From: an uncultured Veillonellaceae bacterium
GTDB taxonomy: Bacteria > Bacillota > Negativicutes > JARBTT01
Assembly: GCA_963805085.1 (NCBI GenBank)
Contig: CAWDTA010000002.1
Coordinates: 1,344,001 to 1,408,000, forward strand
DNA length: 64,000 nt
Direction of reading: 5' to 3'
Below the pieces are notes generated by a model that saw only the letters and a program-made list of their open reading frames with translations, was not told the origin of the DNA and searched no databases. A program made the position numbers and the translations under genes. Below are positions 8,627-18,403 of this stretch, in pieces (position 1 is the stretch's first letter; each line of letters opens with the position of its first letter).

Positions 8627-10342
8627 ATGAAAGAGACTCTGTTGTTTCAAATGGTGGAGCGGATGAGTATGGCAGCGACATTGGCATTTATTTTATCGCA
8701 GACGAATCTTTTTCGTAGAATAAATTACCAATCCGTGTCTACTGTCGACAGAATAAAATTGGCGATTATTTTTGGTTTGATTGGAATCGCAGGAACTTAT
8801 GCTGGCATTCCCATCAATGATGCTTTAGCCAACTCTAGGGTAGTCGGTGTGATGGCGGCTGGTTTAATTGGTGGCCCTGCTATGGGCGTGATGGCAGGCG
8901 TAGTTGCGGGTGGACATCGCTATTTCATGGGCGGATTTACCGCAGTTTCCTGTTCGCTCGCAAATATTTGTGAAGGCTTGCTGGCGGGCTTGGTTAGAAA
9001 ATATTATCCCTATCATCCAGTTCCTTGGTGGGTTGCTTTGCTTAGTGGTACCGTTGGTGAGATTATGCAAATGTTGATTATTTTGCTGACGGCTAGACCG
9101 TTTGACATGGCGTTTGAACTGGTCGAGAGTATCGCAGTGCCAATGATCGTTGCAAATTCGATTGGACTGGCTATTTTTATGTTAATTATCAAAACAACGA
9201 TGGATGTAGAGCTGCGAGCGGGAGCGATTCAGGCTCAAAAAGTGCTAGGGATTGCGGCGAAGACCTTACCGTATTTTAGACGTGGACTAAACATCGAGTC
9301 AGCGAAAGCTGCTGCCGAAATCGTCTATGAAAAAGGTGGTTATCATGCTGTTGCGGTGACCAATACTGAACAAATTTTGGCGTTTATCGGAGCAGAAGCA
9401 AAACATCATCTAGCGGAGAATAAGGGGTTTACAAAGGCCACAAATCAAGTCTTGCAGAGTGGTAATATTTACATCGCTCGGACACCTGAAGCGATTGGTT
9501 GCAATTGTGAAAAATGTTCTTTGGCGAGTGCGATTATCGTCCCCTTAAAATGTGGCTGCCAGGTCATTGGCACATTTAAGCTGTATTATACGGCGAGCAA
9601 TTTACTCAATCAATCCGATATCGTATTTGCCAATGGCGTGGCAGATTTATTTTCTATTCAACTTGAATTAGCGGAAATTGACCGTCAAGCAAAACAAGCT
9701 GCGCATGCAGAATTAAAAGCTTTACAAGCGCAGATAAATCCGCATTTTTTATTTAATACCCTCAATACGATTATATCTTTGGTGAGAACAAAACCGGAAT
9801 TAGCGAGAGAGTTGTTAATAAAACTTAGTTCTGTATTTCGTTTTACTCTACATAAAACAGGAAGGAATATAACCATAGACGAAGAGTTGACGCAAGTAAG
9901 AGCCTATTTAGCAATTGAGAAAGCGCGTTATGGCGAGAAACTTCAGATTAAAGAAAAGATAGAGGTAAATACCGAAATTTATTTGATACCGTCACTTATC
10001 ATTCAACCGCTTGTTGAAAATGCAGTAGGGCATGGGTTAAAGCCCAAACTAAACGGTGGCATCATCTTCCTTCGAATAGAAAAAGGGGAAAACTCGATTA
10101 AGATAAAAATTAGTGATGATGGGATTGGAATGGATTTGGCTAAGTTTAACCCATTGCAAGCGACTTCGGAAGGACATATTGGTCTAAAAAATGTGGATGA
10201 ACGTCTGCATAGTCAATATGGTGCCGAGTATGGAGTAACGTTAGAAAGTATCGTCAATCAAGGGACAACTGTTACCATTACGATACCTAAATTACTGAAT
10301 TCTTTGGAGGGCAATACCGGTGTTGAAAATTTTAATTATTGA
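8627..10342 (+). CDS. lytS: LytS/YehU(BtsS)-type 5TM-GAF sensor histidine kinase
   Basis: 5TM-5TMR_LYT N-terminus, 'LQAQINPHFLFNTLN', 'QPLVENA'. Confidence 0.92.
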   Translation: MKETLLFQMVERMSMAATLAFILSQTNLFRRINYQSVSTVDRIKLAIIFGLIGIAGTYAGIPINDALANSRVVGVMAAGLIGGPAMGVMAGVVAGGHRYFMGGFTAVSCSLANICEGLLAGLVRKYYPYHPVPWWVALLSGTVGEIMQMLIILLTARPFDMAFELVESIAVPMIVANSIGLAIFMLIIKTTMDVELRAGAIQAQKVLGIAAKTLPYFRRGLNIESAKAAAEIVYEKGGYHAVAVTNTEQILAFIGAEAKHHLAENKGFTKATNQVLQSGNIYIARTPEAIGCNCEKCSLASAIIVPLKCGCQVIGTFKLYYTASNLLNQSDIVFANGVADLFSIQLELAEIDRQAKQAAHAELKALQAQINPHFLFNTLNTIISLVRTKPELARELLIKLSSVFRFTLHKTGRNITIDEELTQVRAYLAIEKARYGEKLQIKEKIEVNTEIYLIPSLIIQPLVENAVGHGLKPKLNGGIIFLRIEKGENSIKIKISDDGIGMDLAKFNPLQATSEGHIGLKNVDERLHSQYGAEYGVTLESIVNQGTTVTITIPKLLNSLEGNTGVENFNY

Positions 10343-11078
10343 TGATGAACTGCCGGCACGTGATGAACTGAGATATTTAGTATCGCAGGAAGTTGATACT
10401 GAAGTTGTCGGGGATGCCGACAATGTTGCGGAAGCGGTAGGAATGGCAGCTAACTTACAACCAGATGTGATTTTTCTAGATATCAATATGCGTGAGATGA
10501 GTGGCTTGGAAGCAGCGGCGATCTTAAGAAAAGTGGCAAAAGAGGCTATGATAGTATTTGCTACGGCCTACGATGAATTTGCCTTAAAAGCCTTTGATAT
10601 TGGTGCGGTTGATTATATTTTGAAACCTTTTGAGCAAGAGCGAATCAGCAAAACAATTGCTAGATTGAGAAATTATCAGCCGGATGAATGGGACATGACA
10701 TCAAGGCAAGTTGATACAGCACTTGGTGGAAGTAAGATTTTATTGAGAAAGTTGCCGGTAGAAAAAGCCGGCAAGATTGTTTTGTTAAATTATAATGAAA
10801 TCATCTATGCCTATGCGAATAATGGAGCGGTTAGTGTTGTAACTGAAAATGGAGAATTGAATTATGGTGGAACTTTAGCAGAATTGCAAGAGCGGGTTGA
10901 AAATACAACGATGATTCGGGTTCATAAGAGTTATATTGTAAATTTAGATCAGGTGAAAGAAGTAGTACCATGGTTTAAGGGAACTTACTGGCTGAAAATG
11001 AATTGCAATTGTAAGAATGAAATACCTGTAAGTAAGAGTCAGATTAAAGAGATCAAAACTATTTTTGGACTGAAATAA
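10320..11078 (+). CDS. LytTR family response regulator
   Basis: Receiver domain (DDE, FLDI, FATAY, DYILKP) plus LytTR 'RVHKSYIVN'. Confidence 0.93.
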   Translation: MLKILIIDDELPARDELRYLVSQEVDTEVVGDADNVAEAVGMAANLQPDVIFLDINMREMSGLEAAAILRKVAKEAMIVFATAYDEFALKAFDIGAVDYILKPFEQERISKTIARLRNYQPDEWDMTSRQVDTALGGSKILLRKLPVEKAGKIVLLNYNEIIYAYANNGAVSVVTENGELNYGGTLAELQERVENTTMIRVHKSYIVNLDQVKEVVPWFKGTYWLKMNCNCKNEIPVSKSQIKEIKTIFGLK

Positions 11079-11104
11079 TAGTTTCTAATTATTTATGTAT
11101 AATT

Positions 11105-11133
11105 TCCATTCATGGCTTACTTTCATCCATTCA
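11105..11133 (+). promoter_or_regulatory. LytTR-type direct-repeat binding site upstream of cstA
   Basis: TCCATTCA repeated with a 21-bp period (11105, 11126), the usual LytTR geometry. Confidence 0.6.
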
Positions 11134-11224
11134 GAAAATTTTTATTTCTTAATAGATGAAATTAAGCTAACATTAAGCTTGCAATTAATTCAGAAAATTT
11201 AATTAATTCTAGCAAGGAGGAAGT

Positions 11225-13021
11225 ATGATGAATGGTTTTGTAATGAATGGTCTTTATTTAGTTATTATTTCTGCTTTAATCTTAACGATTTGCTACCGCT
11301 ATTATGGAGCTTTTATGGCAGCAAAGGTTTTAGCACTTGATCCAAGCCGTCCTACACCGGCGGTTGTAAATGAGGATGGGCATGATTATGTGCCGACGAA
11401 TAAATGGGTAACATTTGGTCACCATTTTGCAGCAATTGCTGGGGCAGGTCCACTGGTTGGCCCGGTGCTTGCAGCACAATTTGGGTATTTGCCAGGAACT
11501 ATTTGGCTCTTAGTGGGTGCTTGTATCGGTGGAGCAGTCCACGATATGATTATCTTATTTGCATCAATAAGGCATAATGGGTTATCTATTGCTGAAATTG
11601 CGAAAGAGGAAATCGGTAAATCTACTGGTCTTGCTGCCGCAGTTGCAGTGATCTTTATTTTAGTTATTACCATGGCAGGGATGGCAATCGCTGTTGCCAA
11701 TGCTTTATTTAACAGCCCTTGGGGTACATTTACCGTTGGCGCAACGATTCCAATCGCTTTATTTATTGGTGTTTATATGCGTTATTTACGCCCTGGTCAT
11801 ATAGGCGAGGCTTCTTTTATCGGCGTTGTAATGGTACTCGCAGCTGTATTTGCTGGCCCTTGGGTCCAACAATCCGCTTTGGCACCATTCTTTACGCTAA
11901 GTCGTTTTCAATTGGATATTATCTTACCGCTTTATGGTTTCGTTGCCGCAGCATTACCGGTGTGGTTACTGCTAGCACCGCGCGATTATTTAAGCACTTA
12001 TATGAAAATTGGTACAATTGGTGCTCTGGCACTTGGTATTGTGTTTGTGCAGCCAGAAATTCATATGCCAGCAGTCACAGAATTTATTCATGGTGGTGGT
12101 CCTGTTATTCCAGGTCCAGTTTGGCCATTTGTTTGTATCACGATTGCTTGTGGAGCAATTTCGGGTTTTCATACTATTATTGCTACAGGTACGACACCTA
12201 AAATGGTAAGCAATGAAAGAGAAATTTTGCCGATTGGTTTTGGGGCAATGCTCGCAGAATCTTTCGTTGGGATTATGGCATTAATTGCTGCAACTAGCTT
12301 GATCCCAGCTGATTATTTTGCCATTAACAGTGCGCCGGAAGTATTTCAAAAGCTAGGCATGACGATAAAAGAATTGCCAATGTTATCACAAATGGTTGGT
12401 GAAGATGTTGCTGGTCGTCCAGGTGGAGCAGTATCACTAGCTGTAGGGATGGCACATATTTTTTCGAAAATTCCAGGACTAGAAAGCTTTATGTCATTTT
12501 TATATCACTTCGCAATTATGTTTGAAGCCTTGTTCATTTTAACGATCATTGATGCAGGGACTCGTGTTGGTCGTTATTTACTACAAGAAATTGGTGGAAT
12601 GATTTATAAACCACTAGGTGATGTGCATTGGACTCCGGGAATTATTTTCACTAGTGCGCTAATCTCAGGGGCTTGGGGGTATCTCGTATTTGGTGGCTCC
12701 ATTGCATCGATTTGGCCACTATTTGGTTTATCCAATCAATTACTAGCAAGTATGACGTTAGCAGTCGGTACGACGGTCCTCTTAAGAATGGGGAAAGCGA
12801 GATATGCATGGACGACACTTGTTCCACTATCCTTTATGATTGTGACAGCATTAACTGCGGGATTCTATAATATTTTTGAACTTTATTTGCCAAAAGGACA
12901 ACTTTTACTTGCTGGTGCGAGCATAGTCATGATAGTCCTTATCGTTTTCGTCATTACAAACTCTGTTAGAGTTTGGTTTCAGATTATGAAAGAAGAAAAA
13001 CAAGTTAAAGCTTCCGCTTAA
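11225..13021 (+). CDS. cstA: Carbon starvation CstA family transporter (BtsT/YjiY-like pyruvate or peptide permease)
   Basis: 'FGHHFAAIAGAGPLVGP', 'PRDYLST', 'ITIACGAISGFH'; lies downstream of LytS/LytTR. Confidence 0.93.
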   Translation: MMNGFVMNGLYLVIISALILTICYRYYGAFMAAKVLALDPSRPTPAVVNEDGHDYVPTNKWVTFGHHFAAIAGAGPLVGPVLAAQFGYLPGTIWLLVGACIGGAVHDMIILFASIRHNGLSIAEIAKEEIGKSTGLAAAVAVIFILVITMAGMAIAVANALFNSPWGTFTVGATIPIALFIGVYMRYLRPGHIGEASFIGVVMVLAAVFAGPWVQQSALAPFFTLSRFQLDIILPLYGFVAAALPVWLLLAPRDYLSTYMKIGTIGALALGIVFVQPEIHMPAVTEFIHGGGPVIPGPVWPFVCITIACGAISGFHTIIATGTTPKMVSNEREILPIGFGAMLAESFVGIMALIAATSLIPADYFAINSAPEVFQKLGMTIKELPMLSQMVGEDVAGRPGGAVSLAVGMAHIFSKIPGLESFMSFLYHFAIMFEALFILTIIDAGTRVGRYLLQEIGGMIYKPLGDVHWTPGIIFTSALISGAWGYLVFGGSIASIWPLFGLSNQLLASMTLAVGTTVLLRMGKARYAWTTLVPLSFMIVTALTAGFYNIFELYLPKGQLLLAGASIVMIVLIVFVITNSVRVWFQIMKEEKQVKASA

Positions 13022-13044
13022 ATTTAGGAAACAGTTAAAAAACT

Positions 13045-13199
13045 AAAAGCAGATGAGTTGCAACGAAAACAACAAGTCGGCAAAAGATGAATCTCTCAAA
13101 CTCCCTGCGGTCAAACAAAAGGCCTTCAAAGCCGAGTGCTAGTAAGATTCATCTATATTGCCTTTATTGAACGTTTTCTTATGCAAATCATCTGTTTTT
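13045..13199. repeat. Structured intergenic repeat, copy B (internally shortened); probably also a bidirectional terminator
   Basis: Homologous to 6013-6194 with compensatory base changes; lies between convergent genes. Confidence 0.7.
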
Positions 13200-13241
13200 T
13201 TTCATATTATGGTATTCTGGGCAGGTATACTATAGTTGCTG

Positions 13242-13802
13242 TTATTGTATTGGTGTCTTAACTGCAATTTCAATTGTTGTTTCATGTTTAGCAGCGGCAT
13301 GTTCAAACATTGCATCGGAAGTATAGTTACTCCACACAGCTTGAACATTGGCAATGTAGGTATCTTTATTGAATGGGTTTGCCAATTGATTTTTTGTGCT
13401 TTCTATGAGTTTATCAAAGAAAGCATCGGGTAAAGTAATCGTACGCATTGCGAGCAAGATATCTAAGTGACTGTCAACAAGATATAAACTGATTGTTTTT
13501 TCTTTTACATCGATCAGTTTTGGTTGTTGATCCTCAGTATGAAAGTGAGCGGAATATGGGCTGTCTCCCCAACCGTTAATGATACCGTCAATTTTATATA
13601 ATAAGAAAATAATATCATTTTCTACAAATAGCCCTAACTCAATTTTTCCTGTGCGGAAGGCCTCAATCGCTATTAAATCAACTCTGCTCAATTTTAAAAT
13701 AAACATCGCTCCATTGATATCGTATTGAAAAATACCGCCGTCACCTTGCGCTTTTATTGGAAGAGGAAATTTTTCTCCTACCTGAAAACTTGTATATGAC
13801 AT
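13242..13802 (-). CDS. Hypothetical protein (186 aa)
   Basis: Long ORF with GGAGG SD; no recognised motif. Confidence 0.75.
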   Translation of the reverse strand: MSYTSFQVGEKFPLPIKAQGDGGIFQYDINGAMFILKLSRVDLIAIEAFRTGKIELGLFVENDIIFLLYKIDGIINGWGDSPYSAHFHTEDQQPKLIDVKEKTISLYLVDSHLDILLAMRTITLPDAFFDKLIESTKNQLANPFNKDTYIANVQAVWSNYTSDAMFEHAAAKHETTIEIAVKTPIQ

Positions 13803-13995
13803 AAAAACCTCCGACTATTAAAACTTATTCATAATTATTTATCTACTATATCACATATTGCCATAAATAAAAAAGATGGTATGAACGTTTCGTGTATTTC
13901 ATAATAAAAAATAAGTTTATCTTACTTTCGAAAAGGGGAATGTGATTTTTAGGCGAAGTAAGCAAGGATAGATCAAATGGTAAGGGAGTGTTTTT

Positions 13996-14832
13996 ATGGC
14001 TGAATCCGTATTACTAAATGCATTAGCGCAAGTTGCTGGTTATATCCCAAAACTTTTAACAAGTAAAATTGGGATGGTAGTTTGTGATAGAGAGAAATGG
14101 ATAGCTTCTAGTGCTATTGATGAAATAAAACATCAAATTGTGATTGGCGAACCAATCAAAGCAGGCTCAGCGGCGTATGATGCGATGCAAAAGAATCATC
14201 GTGTCGTTGTAGAGGTTGCAAAAGAAGTTTATGGGATTCCTTATATTGCGGTTAGTATACCGATTGTTGAAAATGGTGTAGTGGTGGGCGCTGCTGCGAT
14301 TCATGAATCTTTAGAACGTAAACAAGTATTGCAAGAGACTGCAAATAATCTTTCCGATGCGGCGAACATGATGTCGGAGGCAATGCAGGCGATTTCATCG
14401 CAAGCGAAGCAGTTGTCGATAGCGAGTCATAGTCTCAAGGATTTAATAAGCATTGCGCATCAAGAAGTAAGTGAGACGGATTCGGTTATTAGCTTCATCA
14501 AAAATGTTGCCAGCGAAACTAATTTATTAGGATTAAATGCGGCGATTGAAGCGGCACGTGTTGGGGAACAAGGTCGTGGCTTTGGTGTTGTGGCAACGGA
14601 AGTTCGCAAATTGGCTGTAAATAGTGCAAACTCCGCAACAGAAATTACCCAGACATTACTGCAAATTAGTGCATCCATTGGCCGCATCAATAATGAGATT
14701 GAGATTGTTGATTCTGTCAATCATAAGCAGTCAGATACGATTGAAAATATTGCAGGGAAAAGTAAGGAATTACAAGATATTGCGAAAAGATTGGCGGAAA
14801 TTGCAGCTAGTTTAAATAAAGAACATGATTAA
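13996..14832 (+). CDS. Soluble methyl-accepting chemotaxis protein
   Basis: '[34 protein letters not shown]' signalling domain; no TM segment. Confidence 0.92.
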   Translation: MAESVLLNALAQVAGYIPKLLTSKIGMVVCDREKWIASSAIDEIKHQIVIGEPIKAGSAAYDAMQKNHRVVVEVAKEVYGIPYIAVSIPIVENGVVVGAAAIHESLERKQVLQETANNLSDAANMMSEAMQAISSQAKQLSIASHSLKDLISIAHQEVSETDSVISFIKNVASETNLLGLNAAIEAARVGEQGRGFGVVATEVRKLAVNSANSATEITQTLLQISASIGRINNEIEIVDSVNHKQSDTIENIAGKSKELQDIAKRLAEIAASLNKEHD

Positions 14833-14841
14833 ATAATAAAA

Positions 14842-14900
14842 ATTTATAGTTAATAGAAAAAGTGCTAGTAAAAACTAGCACTTTTTCTATTAACTATAAA
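14842..14900. terminator. Long perfect hairpin / terminator
   Basis: TTTATAGTTAATAGAAAAAGTGCTAGT ... ACTAGCACTTTTTCTATTAACTATAAA. Confidence 0.75.
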
Positions 14901-15004
14901 ATGACAGCGAGGCAGCCTATAATGCCTAAATATAGATTTTTATATTAATATGAAAACAATAAAAATTATGATACAATAGTCCTGATATCGCTAAAAAAAA
15001 TAAA

Positions 15005-15019
15005 TGATATTGATTATCA
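15005..15019. promoter_or_regulatory. Fur box upstream of a diguanylate cyclase
   Basis: TGATATTGATTATCA; one mismatch to the 7-1-7 Fur consensus TGATAATnATTATCA. Confidence 0.6.
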
Positions 15020-15105
15020 ATATAACAATGGTGATCATGAGGAAAAGTTAGTAAATATAAGCAAACAGTCGTAATCATACGTTAAGATTGTTAGGAGAGT
15101 TCATT

Positions 15106-16185
15106 ATGCTACAAGAAAAGTTATCAATTTTCTTTGGAAGTAATGTTCCTTTAAGAGAAAGATTATATTATGCAATATCTGCGGCAGGCATGGTAAGTGC
15201 GATAGTTGGTCTGATTAGTACATTTATGGCAGAACTCTCTCTTGGCGGAATTTTAGCGGCAGCATCTTGCATTATGACGTTAATTGCAATATCAATTTAT
15301 GTGATCAAAACTAAAAATTTTGACCGAGCATCTATCTTGATTAGTACTATTTTTAATCTTTTGATATTTCCGATTAACTTTATTTATGCGGGTGGCATTG
15401 AGGGTGGAATGCCGATGTATTTTATTATGGGGATATTCGCCACTTTTTTATTGGTAACGGGTAAAATTAGAAATATTTTAATTTTACTTTTTTTTATTGT
15501 TTATATAGCACTTCTTCTATATGGTTATTACAATCCCGATATGATAGTTCCGTTTCCTAGCACAGAAGCCCGTATCGTAGATTTAATTTTTGCTATGGTT
15601 ATCGTCTCTGGATTTACTGGTATTGTTATCAGCATTATTGTATATGAATATTCTACAGAACATGAAAAGGTGGAGCTGTTAAATCATCGGTTGCATCAGG
15701 TTGCAATCAAAGATCCTCTTACCAATTTATTTAACCGCAGATATTTAATGAATCAATTAAACTATCAGATAGAGAAAGCAAACCAAGAAGAGTATGATCT
15801 GGCATTAATTATTTTTGATATTGATTTTTTTAAGAATATCAATGATACCTATGGACATCTGATTGGTGATGAAGTATTAAAAGAATTTTCAAAATTACTT
15901 TCCAGTCAAATTCGGGGTGATGATATCGTCGGTCGTTATGGGGGAGAAGAATTTTTCCTTATTCTAGTTGAGACGGATAGTGAAGATGCAATTCATTTAG
16001 CAGAAAGAATAAGAAAAAAAGTATCTAATAGTATACTGTCGAAAAAAATAACCAATTTAATTACGATTAGTGGAGGAATTGGTATTTATCAGCCTGACAT
16101 GAGTGTTGAACAATTAATAGTGGCAGCGGATAAGAATCTTTATAAAGCAAAATCTGAAGGTCGCAATAAAATTATTAGCATATAG
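15106..16185 (+). CDS. Membrane-bound GGDEF diguanylate cyclase
   Basis: About 6 TM segments, DPLTNLFNRR, DIDFFKNINDTYGH, RGDD I-site, GGEEF. ATG 15106 follows AGGAG. Confidence 0.92.
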   Translation: MLQEKLSIFFGSNVPLRERLYYAISAAGMVSAIVGLISTFMAELSLGGILAAASCIMTLIAISIYVIKTKNFDRASILISTIFNLLIFPINFIYAGGIEGGMPMYFIMGIFATFLLVTGKIRNILILLFFIVYIALLLYGYYNPDMIVPFPSTEARIVDLIFAMVIVSGFTGIVISIIVYEYSTEHEKVELLNHRLHQVAIKDPLTNLFNRRYLMNQLNYQIEKANQEEYDLALIIFDIDFFKNINDTYGHLIGDEVLKEFSKLLSSQIRGDDIVGRYGGEEFFLILVETDSEDAIHLAERIRKKVSNSILSKKITNLITISGGIGIYQPDMSVEQLIVAADKNLYKAKSEGRNKIISI

Positions 16186-16211
16186 ATTTAACTATTATCA
16201 ATGAATTATAT

Positions 16212-16272
16212 ATAAAATCAGTCCTATAACAACATCGTGATAATTTACAATGTTGTTATAGGACTGATTTTA
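16212..16272. terminator. Long hairpin terminator
   Basis: TAAAATCAGTCCTATAACAACAT...ATGTTGTTATAGGACTGATTTTA. Confidence 0.7.
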
Positions 16273-16384
16273 TTATTTTGTAAATATTTAAAGTAAAATG
16301 CGCATTGTCCATGTGTGCAAGCCAATGCGTATAGTTAAGGAAGCAACATTATTTTTTAATAGGTGAAATAAATGTATTAATTTG

Positions 16385-16412
16385 GAAGGATATGTCTTGT
16401 TTATACAGAATA
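16385..16412 (+). promoter_or_regulatory. sigmaH-like promoter of kinase A
   Basis: gAAGGA-N17-GAAT, matching the Firmicute sigmaH consensus (AGGA...GAAT). Confidence 0.55.
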
Positions 16413-16487
16413 AAGAAATAGTATATAAAAATTAATGGGGTATTTATTATATTTTACATACTAATATTCTAAGTTGTAGGAGATATT

Positions 16488-18158
16488 ATGGAAAGTTTAT
16501 CTTTAGCATTTCTTAGCTCATTAGGCTCTATGGTTGCGATTATTGGGATCTACAGTTATATTTATGCCATATACAGAGAACGATATATGGGAATATGTGC
16601 AATCAGCTGGAGTTTATTTTTATCGCGTTATGTTATCTTTGATTCAGGAATTTTTGAGTGGAAACAATCAGTATTGGGATTGTTTATATTTCAGATGATC
16701 ATTATCTGGAGTGTACTATTATTTTTGTATGGTACATATGGTTTTTTTAATAAGTCGTATAATAAGAAGTTAGCATGTTATAGTGGTATAGGGATAATGA
16801 TAGCTTTGGTTATTATGGATTGTTTTGTTTCTGATTTAACGTATAAATTGATAATTCCTGTCTGTTTAGGTGTATATGCAGGTATGTCAATTGGATGGAT
16901 TTATATTAAAAACGAAAAAGTCCAAGGATTTGGAGCTTTATGTGTTGGCTATGCTTACATTGGATGGAGTCTTCTTAGTATTTTCATGCCGTTTGCTATT
17001 AATATTAAGTGGTGTTCTCCTTTGGGGTATGTTTTAGGAGGTTTATTTCGTTTAATTATAGCTTTAGGAACATTAATTGTTTATTTTGAAAAAAATCGCA
17101 GGGAGTATATCAAAAAAGAATCAGAGTATCGTTTATTAGCCGAAAATGCCGTTGATGTCATTTACTCTTATCAACTATTACCGGAGCGAAAACTTAAATA
17201 TATCAGTCCGGCAACCTTACATACTACAGGCTATACACCTGAGGAATATTATGCGAATAATAACTTGCTTTTTGAGATCGTCCATAGCGAGGATAGCCCG
17301 ATGCTAAAGAACTTTTATCGTGATTTAGCTAATTTAAATGGTAAACTCTTAACCTTGCGCTTGATTACGAAGCAAGGTAATGTTATCTGGGTAGAGCAAA
17401 AGAGTGTACCGGTCTATGATGAGAACGGTGAAATTGCCGAGATACAAGGAATCATCCGTGATATTACGGACAGAAAAGATCTGGAAAATATTGCAGCGCA
17501 GGTTGACCGGATGAATATGATAGGAAATATGGCGGCAACGGTAGCGCATGAGATCAGGAATCCGATGACAACTGTATTAGGATATATACAATTTTTATCA
17601 TTAAAAAGAAAATATAAAAGCGAAAAAGATATCTTTGAATTGATGATCGATGAACTCAATCGAACCAATGATATTATTCGTGAATATTTGTCTTTATCCA
17701 ACCAAAAGCTAGTTGATTTGAAAAAAGCGTCTTTGAATAAAATTTTGCAGGCCCTATATCCATTGCTTGAGGTTGATGGTTGCTCTAAAAAAGTAAAGGT
17801 AAAACTGGAGCTTGAGGATATTCCTGAGTTGTTATTGGATAGGAATGAGATTCGGCAGTTGGTGCTGAATATGGTGCGTAATGGCATTGAGGCGATGTCA
17901 AAGGGTGGCGAATTAACGCTGGGGACAAAATTAGAAAATAATGAAGTCATTTTATTTATTTGTGATCAAGGTACTGGAATCGATGAAGCAGTCCTTGAAA
18001 AGTTGGGAACCCCGTTTTTTACGACGAAAGCCAATGGTACAGGCTTAGGGCTTTCTATTTGTTATCGGATCGCGAATCGGCATAATGCAACGATCAAAAT
18101 CAATTCCAGTAAAGCTGGCACTACATTTAGAATTTGTTTTAATCGTGATTTAGCGTAA
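16488..18158 (+). CDS. Orphan multi-TM + PAS histidine kinase (kinase A; sporulation-kinase-like H-box)
   Basis: ~7 TM N-terminus, PAS ('YISPA..HTTGYTPEEY...RDITDRK'), AHEIRNPMT, NGIEAM, GTGLGL; no adjacent response regulator. Confidence 0.9.
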   Translation: MESLSLAFLSSLGSMVAIIGIYSYIYAIYRERYMGICAISWSLFLSRYVIFDSGIFEWKQSVLGLFIFQMIIIWSVLLFLYGTYGFFNKSYNKKLACYSGIGIMIALVIMDCFVSDLTYKLIIPVCLGVYAGMSIGWIYIKNEKVQGFGALCVGYAYIGWSLLSIFMPFAINIKWCSPLGYVLGGLFRLIIALGTLIVYFEKNRREYIKKESEYRLLAENAVDVIYSYQLLPERKLKYISPATLHTTGYTPEEYYANNNLLFEIVHSEDSPMLKNFYRDLANLNGKLLTLRLITKQGNVIWVEQKSVPVYDENGEIAEIQGIIRDITDRKDLENIAAQVDRMNMIGNMAATVAHEIRNPMTTVLGYIQFLSLKRKYKSEKDIFELMIDELNRTNDIIREYLSLSNQKLVDLKKASLNKILQALYPLLEVDGCSKKVKVKLELEDIPELLLDRNEIRQLVLNMVRNGIEAMSKGGELTLGTKLENNEVILFICDQGTGIDEAVLEKLGTPFFTTKANGTGLGLSICYRIANRHNATIKINSSKAGTTFRICFNRDLA

Positions 18159-18190
18159 GAAGAAATCACAAATGTAATAATTACAATATG

Positions 18191-18240
18191 AAAAAGCCTA
18201 TTAAGGTTGTAAAATTTTGCAACTTTAATAGGCTTTTTTT
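18191..18240 (+). terminator. Intrinsic terminator after kinase A
   Basis: AAAAAGCCTATTAAGGTTG...CAACTTTAATAGGCTTTTT followed by a T-run. Confidence 0.75.
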
Positions 18241-18278
18241 TGTTTTTTCTCTTTTTTGTGCAATCTTTGGCTATTTTT

Positions 18279-18332
18279 GCAAGGATACTATAAGGTAGCT
18301 ACCGTATCCCTTAAGTCAAGGGGGTGATAGTT
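18279..18332 (+). promoter_or_regulatory. Conserved leader of acyltransferase A: sigmaH-like promoter plus strong SD
   Basis: GCAAGGA-N16-CCGTATCCCTTAAGTCAAGGGGGTGATAGTT; near-identical to the leader at 35626-35677 (-). Confidence 0.65.
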
Positions 18333-18344
18333 ATGAAAGTGTAA
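18333..18344 (+). CDS. Putative tripeptide minigene Met-Lys-Val
   Basis: ATG AAA GTG TAA, 4 nt after AAGGGGGTGAT; paralogous minigene at 35614-35625. Confidence 0.5.
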   Translation: MKV

Positions 18345-18403
18345 TTTTTAGTTAAATCGCAGGGGATTTACACAAATAACTATGATGAAAAGGAGCTTAA
18401 AAA

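Noticed and set aside
11126-11200. Two TTCAGAAAATT sequences as CodY boxes upstream of cstA
   Set aside because: Only the right part matches AATTTTCWGAAAATT (4 mismatches each) in very AT-rich DNA; too weak to call.
18308-18324. CCCTT-loop-AAGGR hairpin sequestering the minigene SD (riboswitch-like)
   Set aside because: If CGTAT is the -10 element, transcription starts within or after the 5' arm, so the hairpin would not form in RNA; no aptamer is recognisable.
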